DNA of 63,356 bases, the filler included, from Octopus bimaculoides (lineage: Eukaryota), in the NCBI RefSeq assembly GCF_001194135.2. It is 8 parts of 8 records of this genome, joined end to end, with 100 filler letters (N's around TTAATTAATTAA, not from the genome) between each part and the next. Parts side by side here need not be neighbours in the genome. Positions count along the whole stretch, not along the records: positions 28,230 to 30,560 come from NW_026385001.1; positions 30,661 to 35,508 come from NW_026373185.1; positions 35,609 to 60,146 come from NC_068993.1; 5 more parts are not named here. One strand, 5' to 3'. The position numbers were made by a program, and so were the translations under genes. Of the stretch, positions 29,306 through 41,098 are shown one piece after another; within the stretch, counting starts at the first letter, position 1, and every line of letters starts with the position of its first letter. The notes under the pieces are model-generated. The model did no database searches, was not told the DNA's origin, and saw nothing but the letters and a program-made list of their open reading frames with translations.

Positions 29306-30086
29306 TGTTGCTCATGAACATTACTCATATGGATATGTGTGCCAACACTACTTACAAGCAATGTGTTGCACTGTACATATGTATACCTACATGTGTGTCT
29401 GTCCATCCCATCCCTTCCTGTTCTATCCCTTCCCTTCTCTTATCAGCCTGTATGTACATACATATATACATACATATATACATTCATATGTGCACACATA
29501 CATATACAGGCATTCATGAACCCAAAACTAATTTGACTCAATGAGAGAAAACCTATCATTCTCACAGTGACTAGCTTGAATTCTACAAAGAATTTCGATA
29601 TACCTATTCTTCCTTCTTCTACAAGTAAACATCTACATGCCCAATAAGTACAATTATCAATGTACAATTCATCAATGACAACAAGTCAATTTGGCAACTT
29701 TATCTTCCGTTAGTTAGTCAACAAATGTAAAGTGTGGTTGTTTTAATATTCTGGTATGAGAAGGCTTCAATGGCAATAGATGATGCGCTAGCTCATCTTT
29801 GATTCTCCAAAAGTTACCAATGAACCATTATCTTCATTGACATCATACGAAAATAGTGTGTCATAAAGTTCAGCATGGATTTCATGTATCCTCAATAATG
29901 TGTTGATTGTTGATAATAATCTCGCTTATAATAATCTAGTGCAGACCCTGTCCAACTGATTTTGTGAAGCTTTCGCCAGTATCCATGTTCTGGTATGATA
30001 AGTTAACATTAAAAAGGCAAATACAAAACTGCAAAAAATAAAAAAAACTTTTCATAAGAAAACAAAAAACAAATAGGTATACTCAC

Positions 30087-30258
30087 TTCTTAACTCGGGC
30101 TCGTTTCTCAGGGCTGATTTCATCCCACCACATTGAGAAGAAGGACATCTCTGCATAAATCAATCGCATATCTGGCATCTTCTCCAGTTTCACCAACATG
30201 TTCTCAAATATACCTTTAGTTTGTTGTTGATAGTAGCCAACAAACGTTTTTAACCAAC
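30087..30258 (-). CDS. MAN2A1: Internal coding exon of Golgi alpha-mannosidase II (GH38; MAN2A1/MAN2A2 orthologue)
   Basis: Polypyrimidine acceptor (ctttctgttttaatacctcag) and donor (AA|gtgagt) bound a 172-nt open exon, phase 1 to phase 2. It reads (G)WLKTFVGYYQQQTKGIFENMLVKLEKMPDMRLIYAEMSFFSMWWDEISPEKRARVK, matching the GH38 segment after HSHNDP (human, from memory: [46 protein letters not shown]). It lacks ATG, so it is not in the ORF track. MAN2A1 versus MAN2A2 cannot be resolved. Confidence 0.93.
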
Positions 30259-30660
30259 CTGAGGTATTAAAACAGAAAGTATAAGAAGCAGGTAAGGATT
30301 AGCATGCGGAAGAGCATTTGGGAGAGTGGACAAGAAAAAACAAAAAACAAAAACAAATACACACACACACAAACATGTATATACATCTGTATCCAGATTT
30401 TTAGAATAGGCACACCATATCGTTGCACATCATACGAGGTGATTTAAAGGATTTGCTTCGGGAAGAACATCTAGACATAAAACAATGCCTCAAAAACTCC
30501 GTTAATTCATGCCGGCATGAACAAGTATGTGCAAGAGCATTGATAATAATAATAATAATANNNNNNNNNNNNNNNNNNNNNNNNNNNNNNNNNNNNNNNN
30601 NNNNTTAATTAATTAANNNNNNNNNNNNNNNNNNNNNNNNNNNNNNNNNNNNNNNNNNNN

Positions 30661-30798
30661 TTTGATGCAGCTGCTCTCATCTGCACCTCCTGCCGTGAAG
30701 TTGGTTCATCCGGGACATCTGACAGGAAGAGGTCCAGCCTCATCTTGATGACACCTACATCCACTGCATGCATGTCTCTCTGGACCTTCAGGAGGATA
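30661..30798 (-). mobile_element. CR1/L2-group LINE C-terminal fragment
   Basis: Translates ...RDMHAVDVGVIKMRLDLFLSDVPDEPTSRQEVQMRAAAS, resembling the CR1-group ending KLDKFL..VPDEP...RAASNS. Confidence 0.65.
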
Positions 30799-31190
30799 CA
30801 TGTTGGCTTGGCGATAACTATTAATTTCCAGTACCGCTGCCGTAGTCTCCTTTAGAGAGACTTAAAAATATTAATATCTCTATTTCTGAAAACCAGTGGA
30901 TGTATTCCACTGGAATTAGATAAATAACCTTCCTACAGATAGTCAGTAGCGACGCCTGCTGGGTTTCGGCTGCTCTGCATTGACAAGGGGCAATACCCTG
31001 AAACTAGTCTAGTTTGCAGATGGCAAACCAGCGAGGGGAAGCTCCCGACCTCCCCTGTTCGAAGGTTATAAAGGACACAGGTTCGTGTGTCACATAGCTA
31101 GCTAGAGGCGATGGCCTCTTGGAGCTAATCCACGGCAGCATTCGTCCTAATTTTGGGACTGCCATGTTGGCTTGGCGATAACTATTAATT
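30799..31190 (+). ncRNA. Retrozyme-like ~364-bp repeat unit containing a degenerate type I hammerhead ribozyme (30974-31020)
   Basis: An exact 28-nt direct repeat catgttggcttggcgataactattaatt occurs at 30799-30826 and 31163-31190. Between them: tTGAcaA-gggg-caata-ccct-GAAAC-TA-GTC with flanking tctgca/tgcaga pairing. Confidence 0.6.
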
Positions 31191-31728
31191 NNNNNNNNNN
31201 NNNNNNNNNNNNNNNNNNNNNNNNNNNNNNNNNNNNNNNNNNNNNNNNNNNNNNNNNNNNNNNNNNNNNNNNNNNNNNNNNNNNNNNNNNNNNNNNNNNN
31301 NNNNNNNNNNNNNNNNNNNNNNNNNNNNNNNNNNNNNNNNNNNNNNNNNNNNNNNNNNNNNNNNNNNNNNNNNNNNNNNNNNNNNNNNNNNNNNNNNNNN
31401 NNNNNNNNNNNNNNNNNNNNNNNNNNNNNNNNNNNNNNNNNNNNNNNNNNNNNNNNNNNNNNNNNNNNNNNNNNNNNNNNNNNNNNNNNNNNNNNNNNNN
31501 NNNNNNNNNNNNNNNNNNNNNNNNNNNNNNNNNNNNNNNNNNNNNNNNNNNNNNNNNNNNNNNNNNNNNNNNNNNNNNNNNNNNNNNNNNNNNNNNNNNN
31601 NNNNNNNNNNNNNNNNNNNNNNNNNNNNNNNNNNNNNNNNNNNNNNNNNNNNNNNNNNNNNNNNNNNNNTTACCATGTGCGTCACAAGCAATACCGCAGA
31701 GAATCTGCGTTTACTAACAGGGAGTGAA

Positions 31729-31981
31729 TAATTATTACAAATTAAAAGGGTAAAGGTTTATTAATTTATTAATAAATCATCAATTAATAATTTTTACCAA
31801 GCCCTTCGGTATGTAAGCACCATTATCGGTGGAGAACTTATTTAAAAGTTCATATACATTTATAAACATAATTAAGGGATCAGCAAATATTTGCAAAACA
31901 AGAAGAAAAAACAATGAAAACTAACCATTCCGAAGTTAATCGTAGACGCGTTTCTGGATTATGAGTGATAAATACTCATAA
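31729..31981 (-). mobile_element. Inverted pLTR fragment of a Penelope-like element carrying the 3' half of an HHR
   Basis: Minus strand reads ttatgag-tatttatca-ctcataatcca-GAAAC-GC-GTC-tacg and abuts the truncated RT at 31982. Confidence 0.65.
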
Positions 31982-34900
31982 GTTGGAGCCTTTCTACTTA
32001 ATAGGCTATTCTCGGAGGTACCAAACCTCCAGTGGGGTCTATTCAAAGACGACGCACTATTCATATACCCTACCAATAGCAAAAGTACTCTAGAAAGAAT
32101 CAGGAAAAAGATTAGGTACTTCTTTAAATCTTTTAATTTAAAACTTGAATTTATGACTAACTCTAAGATTGTTAATTTTTTAGGTGCTACACTAGACTTA
32201 GATAAAGGACTCCACTACCCGTACAGAAAGCCAGAAGAAACTACTAGTTACATAAGCATGCTTTCCACCCCACCCCTCTATAATTAATACAACTGTCCAG
32301 GCTGTTTCGGACAGACTAACTAAATTATCCTCGAATGAAAACATTTTCAAAGAACATGCCCATCATTACAATCAAGCCTTCTCTAACGCTGGGTACTCCC
32401 AGAGAATATCCCATGTTAATAAGTTAAATTGTAAACCGCCTAAACCACCAACCATGAACATAAACCCATCATGCAATCGAATTAGGAAATCTAGAATTAA
32501 TCCCCTGGAATGTGCTATAGAAAATAAGTTGAATAAATACATAAACAAAAGAACAGATACAACTAGTACTAATACAAATAGGCATAAGATCGAAAAGCAT
32601 AAAGAAAAAAATCATACCGATATTAGTTCAGTTAGAGAAAACCCTAAGGATAGGAATAATAATAGAAATAGAATAATTACTAAACAAAGTAACAATAAAT
32701 TACGCAACTACATATGGTATAACATACCATACAATGTAGCAGTCACAGGTAGATTATGTAAGAAGATATTTTCAATTATATCAAAGAACTTTCCACCCAC
32801 TCACAAATATAGCAGTATCTTTTCCACTAAAACTATTAGAATCTCATATTCAACCCTCCCTAATAAAACCAAAATAAAAAAAGCTAGATTAAGAATAAAT
32901 AATAATTATCAGCCTAACACCGATAATCCTAGAACCTCTACTGATAGTATACAAACTAATATTCCTGAAAATTATAACATTGTTGATAATGCTAGTAATA
33001 ATAATAATTGTAATGACAGCAACAATATTAGGCCATGTAACCATACCCAAATAGCAAATAACAGTACAATAGATGAATCACTAAACCTAGACCCAACACA
33101 AGATAGCAGCACACCTTATAGCACTTCCGCATTAAATAACTCCACCTCTAATAATAATCACGATAATAATTATACGAGCCACGATTCTAATAATATTGCT
33201 AATAGAAATAATAAATATAGTACCAATGTTAACGGCAGAACGAATAGAGGTGATGTAACTTCGAACAATACAAATAGAGGTAGCAACAATAATAATAGCA
33301 GTCACAGGTAGATTATGTAAGAAGATATTTTCAATTATATCAAAGAACTTTCCACCCACTCACAAATATAGCAGTATCTTTTCCACTAAGCGTAAACCCT
33401 AACCACCCGAGAACTAGCATAGATAACAATCCTATAAGCAGTTACCCCACAAATGCAAGCATAAGACGGCCTAGCAACTATAAAATCGGGTGCAATTGTG
33501 TAACACCATCGACATGTCCTTTACGTGGAAACTGCCTAGCTAAAAACGTAGTATACTCTTGCGAAATTATTACGGAAACTAACACTCTCACCTACCTTGG
33601 ATTCTCTTCATCCTGGAAATCTAGGTTCTATAACCACAGATCTTCGTTTAGACTCAGACATAAGGCTAATAGCACCTCAATATCTCGTAGAATTTGGGAG
33701 CTTAAAGACGATAACATTAATTTTAACCTTAGATGGTCCATAGTTGGATCGGCCGCAATGTATAGAGATAATAGAACTCGTTGCCAGTTATGCTCCTTAG
33801 AAATATTGAAAATTATTAGATTCCCTGATAAGAATAAGCTAATTAATAAGAGATCAGATTTCAAACCTTCCTGTATGCATAAAATGATTAAAACCTTTAG
33901 ATATTATAATCCCTAAGTCCTCTCTTTTAAGTTATAAGCACTTCTAAACCTTCTCTCATTAGCAACTCCCACGTCAGATCCTTCCCGCCACAATTCAGAC
34001 ATTGCATTAACGAAGCCCGTACTCTACCCCCAACCTGACTATGTACCGTAATAATTCAGTTTACCCTCGCATAGCTAGATTCTGTCCACATAATATACAC
34101 ACATATTTAATAACCCGGGATCCATAATCCCACTTTTACAGAAAAATTTCTAAACCTTTCAGTCACTGATTCGAAGCTTTCGAATGACACTACAATACAT
34201 AAAAGTAACATAAAATAACACTAATCACTGCAATGTTTTTATTATAATAGTATTATACCAGTAACAATTAGGAGATGCAAACCCAGACTTCTTTATATTT
34301 ATACACCAATACCCAATGATTAAAACACGATTATAGCAGTAGTTTCACTATGCCATATAATTTACACTAATAGATAAACCGTAACTTCCCCAACCACAAT
34401 ATTCTTCTAATCAATGTACCTTTTCAAACCACTATGTTTTTTTAATCTTTTTTTGCATTATTGTTGTTGGTGTTGTTATTTCTTATCACTATTACATTAT
34501 GTAATACAATATTACTATTGTATTATATTACTACGGTTGAAGTGTTCCCAATACTCTGTATTTTGAATTTTAACTTCCAACCCTAGTTTTCCCCTTTATA
34601 TTTTCTATATATTTTATAACTTTTTTTCTTGTTTACATTTTCTAATTATTCATTGTTTTGGTTTTTATATGTTCTAATTACCATTTACCACTTCCATCAT
34701 CCTTTTATCCTCTAGATAAGGGGTATGTACCAATATAATAGATAAGTTCGTATACTTAAGTTGTAGTGATGTACTTCGGCTAAAATGACCACTCACCACA
34801 AGAATATCATATTTCAAGTTTTCTTTAGCCGGACGTTATTTATTTATGACCCGCCACTAGTCTTGGCCGACACAGCATCATGTATGTCTGTCATTTACGA

Positions 34901-35507
34901 CCTCACCCTTTTATCTCTTTTTCTATCTTTATTTCTCTTTATTTCTACTTTTAGGTTTTTTCTTATCCCCCTTCTTTTTAACTCTATTATTTTTTTTCTT
35001 TACTTTTATATTTTACCACCCTTCTCCAACCCTTCTAAATAGCTTATATGCATCTTACTCTACTATCCGGATTTTTTCTTATTGTTTCTTATATCACCCT
35101 CCCCCACACCCCGATTTGACTTCTATTACTTTTGTATTAATATTTGTGTATTTCTTTTTCTTCGTATTTTATATTTTAATCTCCAACTTCTTCCTTTTTT
35201 GGACCCTCTCCTTCTAGCTCATATAAGCTAGTATTGTTTATTTAGCATTCACTCTACCCTGAATTGTGGCACAATATGGACAGATTTTGGAGTACCGATG
35301 AACTTTTATGTAAATGTATCAACTTAAAGGATAAAGATATTACAATGTATATTACAATGGACAATACCAAGTGGACTCTCACTTTTTCTCTCTCATGTTT
35401 CTCCCTCTTTTACTTTTTGCTTGGTGACTTCTTCTTTGTGATATAATACTTGGGAAAAAATATATTTGCAGCTGAAGATAGCTTTATACCATCCTGTCTA
35501 TCAATTA
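31982..35507 (+). mobile_element. Penelope-like element copy 1: 5'-truncated RT, thumb, Asn-rich linker, Cys knuckle, GIY-YIG endonuclease (stop 33914-33916) and long 3' UTR
   Basis: VGAFLLNRL...GLFKDDAL...VNFLGATLDL...YRKP; IWYNIPYN...KNFPPTHKYSSIFSTKTIRISYSTLPN; CNCVTPSTCPLRGNCLAKNVVYSC...TYLG...RFYNHRSSF...CQLCSLE...CMH. Frameshifted near 32270 and by an insertion at 33300. Confidence 0.93.
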
Positions 35508-36989
35508 TNNNNNNNNNNNNNNNNNNNNNNNNNNNNNNNNNNNNNNNNNNNNTTAATTAATTAANNNNNNNNNNNNNNNNNNNNNNNNNNNNNNNNNNNN
35601 NNNNNNNNATAATAATAAAGATAATATTAGTACATATTTAACCTGTGTAATAGTTAAAGCTAGACTATTTAAAACTAAAAACGTTTATTTAATTATCATT
35701 AAAAATCAATTGAATAATAGAAAAATACAAGAATACTCATTTCTACAAATGTAGAAATAAAAATAAAAATATGAATGAAAAAATTATGAATGAAAAAATT
35801 AAGAATGAAAGAAATTATTATGAATGAAAGATTAAACTTTATATATCCTAAGTTTTAATAAAAAAAAAACCTTTAACGATATTATAAACAATAAAGACTA
35901 ATTATTAATCAAATATTATTAATAAAAAATAATCGAAAATATAACAACACTATTCAAATCGAAGTCTTATATTATGGTGAAATAATACTCTAACTCCTAA
36001 ATAATTTAGTGTTAAATAAGTTATCTATTAAAAATAATAATCTTAAAAAAAACCCAAATGAATAATATTAAAACAAGAATACATATTATTTTCAAATTGT
36101 AGAAAATCATTTAGCAAAGTAAAAACAGAACTTATCCATATTTTTCCGTAATTCAAACTGAAACTAAGACGTTAACTAATACCTATTGCGTTTTTTAGCA
36201 AGAGGTCGCGCGAAAATACTATAGGTATTAGTTAAGAACACTTCAATTCCCGTTGCTCCAGTCCACTCAGCTGGCAACAAAGAGTAACGCTGCGATGGAC
36301 TGGCGTCCCGTCCAGCTAGGGAACACATACGCCACTGAAACCGGGAAACCCAAATCCCCCAAAACTGCCCTCTCTAGCATGTAAAAACTGCACTCTTTAG
36401 CATGTAAGGTGTCCACATGGTGGTCTCCCCCTCCGTGTATAAATTCTTACACACTATCATATTAAATATTTATGTATTTTGACATTTATTATGCATGCTA
36501 ACCGTTCGTATAAATAATTTAGTTAATAGTTTTACCTTGTATTTACATATATATATGTATATTAATATATATGTGTATATATANNNNNNNNNNNNNNNNN
36601 NNNNNNNNNNNNNNNNNNNNNNNNNNNNNNNNNNNNNNNNNNNNNNNNNNNNNNNNNNNNNNNNNNNNNNNNNNNNNNNNNNNNNNNNNNNNNNNNNNNN
36701 NNNNNNNNNNNNNNNNNNNNNNNNNNNNNNNNNNNNNNNNNNNNNNNNNNNNNNNNNNNNNNNNNNNNNNNNNNNNNNNNNNATATATGGACATATATTA
36801 TTACAAATTTGAGATTTTACCACAACTCCTATTTCAGGATAGCCTTATTGTATGGAATACGCATAGAAAGTTATATCCAATAAAATAATACAAGCATTTA
36901 AAAAAAACTATTATAAAATACAATCAAATTATTTGGTGATAATGTACTATTGATGATGATGATGATACTGATGAAGATAGAGGTAAAGT

Positions 36990-37320
36990 GAAGGCCTCCT
37001 TCGTTCATAAATGACCATGGGATTGCACCCAGAAAGTTCCCGTCTGAGGCACAAGTCCGAGCAAGGTTGTTTATGGAAGACCAGCAGTCACCCATGCATA
37101 CCAGGCTCCCCTCACCACGCCACGGATGTTATCCAAGGGAAAGTCAAAAGCCGATATAGCTTGGCACCAGGGACGTTGCAAATTCTTTCTACAGCTGAGT
37201 TAAACTGGAGCAATGAGAAATAAAGTGCCTTGCTCAAAAACACAACACACAGTGCCATGCTCAAAAACATAACACAGCCTGGTCCGGTAATCGAACTCAC
37301 TATCTCATGATTGTGAGCTT
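36990..37320 (-). mobile_element. tRNA-derived SINE (fourth body type)
   Basis: ggcctccttcgttcataaatgaccatgggattgcacc...aaataaagtgccttgctcaaaaacacaacac...cgaactcac. Confidence 0.7.
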
Positions 37321-37758
37321 TTTTTGTATTTAATTTAATTTTGTTAACATATGTAGCATTTAATTCCATTTGTTTATCTATGTATTATATTGTATTTTGT
37401 TCATATTGTTATTGGTTTATGGGGAATTTATTGTCCTATGTTGTGGTTTGTTAGGGGTGTGTGCTAGTGTTCCATTCCAGTTTCGTATACAAGCTAGGTT
37501 TATCTTCTATTAAATTAAAGTAAATACAAAAAAGTAGGTATAAACACATGAACAAATAAATAAATAAAAACAAAAATAAACGAACATGTATTAACAGAGG
37601 ATATAGATAATACAGGCACTCCCCATACACACATGCACTTACAAAACATAGACACACATTGAGAGATACGCATGCGTAGACACATACAATAGGAATACAA
37701 AATACAAAATGGCTGATAGTTAGCAAGGTGGGACACACATAAGAAAGAAGAAAGCAAA

Positions 37759-37803
37759 GGACCACTGATGAGGTCACAGAAGTGTGACGAAAGAACTCTG
37801 GCC
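37759..37803 (+). ncRNA. Minimal type I hammerhead ribozyme motif with intact core
   Basis: ggacca-CTGATGA-g-gtcaca-gaag-tgtgac-GAAA-gaac-TC-tggcc: perfect 6-bp stem II, bulged stem I, 2-bp stem III and a CUC triplet. Confidence 0.8.
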
Positions 37804-37957
37804 GAAATAGGATTAATATAATGTAATTTAATATAAAGCTGAAGCAAATTAACACCAAATATACAGTATGTGTGCTTTATTGGCTAAACTGGCAATATGA
37901 CCATCCCCAGGTACAACATCTGTTTCAACACACGATTTCACATAAAAAATCTTGCAA

Positions 37958-37997
<40 letters not shown>

Positions 37998-40179
37998 GGC
38001 ATAGTGATACTAATAATCAGCTGTTAGCATTTAATATATATGTAGAGTAAAGTGTTAATGGAGTACAGAGACTAATATTCATTAACGAATGAGAAGAGAA
38101 CAAAAACCATGTAATCGACTTATATTTACAGTTGTTTCTGCTATAAGAAGCAGTGTACTCAGAGCTGAGTGCTTGTTAAATATTCTTTGGATTCTTCAGA
38201 GCCGGTGCAAATGATATTGGTAACAGGAAAACATCGTTCTGCAGCACCTCGTGAGAAAGCACGATACGTATTTCCTCCTCTCTGGAATTTGACAGTAGCA
38301 TGTATATTACTTGTGTTTTTAAACGCAGCACGTCCCTAAGAGATATCTCTAGAGGAAAACCGCACTAAATTTGCTTTTTGTGTTTTATTTAACTTAAGTA
38401 TGATACACAGATATCTATTTTGATCTAATACTGCTTCTTTTGTATATAACTCACACACACACGCACACACACACACCAACACACACACACACGCACGCAC
38501 ACACACGCAGACACACACACAAACAAACACACACTCTCAAACATACGCACACACACCCATATACAAATATACGCAAACTGGTAAGCAAACAAAGAAAATC
38601 AAATGCGCAGGAGGATAGATATACGTAAGTCCTATGTTTTTTTTCCTTTTAACTATGTAAAATGTTTCCTCTATTGCAATAATTATTTTCTTTAAAGAAA
38701 CGCAAACTTTTCATACAATATACATACATACATACCTACATACATACATACACACATACACATATTCCATAATATAGTAATGTTATAAACAAGCTGAGGT
38801 TAGATAGTAGTAGTAAAGTAAATAACGTTAATCATATAACTTCATCACCACCTCCACCAACATTGTATGTCTAATACTGTAAGTTTTTTTTATTGTTGTT
38901 TTCCCGCTGTAAATGAATATCAGAATGGAGGTTAAAATTAACTTGTTTATCAATATATTTGAAGATTGATCCTGCTACATCCCAATTTATCCATAAACAA
39001 TAATGTACTTTTGAAATATCTAAGACTGTACTAAACAGAAAATTAAATACCTGTCAAAAGACACGTCAGAAATCAGTTAAAATTTGATAATGAAGTCGCT
39101 ACTAGCCATTAATACCCCTGACAGTAGAAATTAGACAGTAATGCGAAATATCTGCGTCGTTCGAGAATATACTGACATCAATCGTTTAAAAGTTGGCTGT
39201 AAATACACTTGAGAGACAGAGTAATAACAACCATTGAGGAATATCTCCTAGAGGACAATCCATATTCAATGAAAGTCTGTCAACAAAAAATACAAGGCAG
39301 CGTTCTAATGATAAGATTGATTGACGTTATAGCTTCCTCAGAATATCTGGCATCACTAATGAAATCTAGCTCTTGGGAAATAATTATCTGCATTTATGCA
39401 GCTAATGTACTCTTAAAAGAAGTATTAATGTGATACAAGAGGGTTAAATCGCGAATTGGTATGAAAATATATAAGGTAAGAAGATCTATTGCCACGAATG
39501 AAATTAATCGTGACAACTTGAAATCATAAGATCAATGTTCGTTCCTATTTCGAGTAAACCTAGGGAAAAAATTTCTTAATACAGCTTAATACAGTTGATT
39601 CAAGACTAACCGGGACCTTGTGAAAAGTTTGTCGAATTGTCTTATATCTGTAGTTTAGCCTTGTCACACATTTTACCTTGTTACATTGGTTCAGGATTAA
39701 ATTTAGTATACAAGTGTGTTTGTGAATTCCCCTAAATTCTTCAAGTAGTTCGTTCATGTGATCAAACAACTGGAGCATGACCTGAAATCCTTGAAAAGAT
39801 GCATAATAAATAATTTGCAATTGCAGATTTATCAAAATGTGAACAACGACTGTTTGTAATATAATATCATCATATCGCACAATGATTGCACAACGACTGT
39901 AATATTAAGACCATTACAATGCACTACAGCTGCAGTGTTAAGACCAGTATACTGCACAACGACTGCAGTTCAACGACTACATAACAGCTGCAAATTTCAG
40001 GCCATTATATTACACAACGACTGCACTGTGTAGTCGAACGAAATCTCTTACAAATATTCAAATCATTCTTTACGCACTTCTAAAGAAGTACGTATTGGAT
40101 ATTATCACACTAGATACGTTGGTTCTGAAATATACAGACACCAATGTACACAAATAAAGTAGACTAGTAACACTGTTGT

Positions 40180-40563
40180 GTTGTTGGCACTCCGTCGCTT
40201 ACGACGTCGGGGGTTCCAGTTGATCCGATCAACGGAACAGCCTGCTCGTGAAATTAACGTGCAAGTGGCTGAGCACTCCACAGACACGTGTACTCTTAAC
40301 GTAGTTCTCGGGGTGATGTAGCATAACACAGTGTGACAAGGCTGACCCTTTGAATTACAGGCACAACAAAAACTGAAAGTAAGAGTGAGACAAAGTTGTG
40401 GTGATAGAGTACAGCAGGGTTCGCCACCATCCCCTGTCGGAGTCTCGTGGAGCTTTAGGTGTTTTCACTCAATAAACACTCACAACGCCCGGTCTGGGAA
40501 TAGAAACCGCAATCCTATGACCGCGAGTCCGCTGCCCTAACCACAAGGCCATTGCGCCTCCAC
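40180..40563 (-). mobile_element. tRNA-derived SINE, family 1
   Basis: Reverse complement of 43976-44358 with few differences. Confidence 0.92.
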
Positions 40564-40669
40564 TACTTGTAACACTAATCAATATATAAACTGATACACA
40601 TTACACTAATACTGAAACATATACACACAATGTGCACTAATAAACTAGATACAGTAATACTGATACGTA

Positions 40670-40710
<41 letters not shown>

Positions 40711-40823
40711 TACACACATACACATGCACACACACACACACACACATATACACATGTTGATATATATATATACATAGTGAAACTATTAAAAGTGAAACTA
40801 TTAAAAGTGAAACTATTTATAAC

Positions 40824-41098
40824 TTCTGTTGTGTCTGGGGAGAGTCATTTTCTTATTGTGCTTTAAAATTTAACACTCACCAGTAAAATCTCCACTTATT
40901 TTTATCTTTATTTTCCTAAAATTTTCGTTGCGTCTTCCAACTTTATCAATAGTCTTGACAGTCAAGACTATTGATAAGGTTGGAAGACGCAACGAAAATT
41001 TTAGGAAAATAAAGATAAAAATAAGTGGAAATTTTACTGGTGAGTGTGTTAAATTTTAAGGCACAATAAGAAAATGACTCTCCCCAGACACAACAGAA
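40824..41098. repeat. Near-perfect palindrome (136/138-bp arms, 1-nt centre at 40960)
   Basis: ...caatagtcttgac A gtcaagactattg...; by eye 3 mismatches and one 2-nt indel. Confidence 0.95.

Noticed and set aside
29714-29925. Protein-like minus-strand stretch next to the exon (LLRIHEIHAELYDTLFSYDVNEDNG)
   Set aside because: The frame closes soon after, with no splice signals or recognisable family.
37865-37925. Apparent micro-exon DVVPGDGHIASLANK
   Set aside because: The sequence matches the Helitron-like repeat near 41070-41140.
39705-39810. Minus-strand segment with cag/gtaaaa boundaries (VMLQLFDHMNELLEEF...)
   Set aside because: Open in one frame but with no similarity to the mannosidase II N-terminus that I can recognise; needs RNA-seq.
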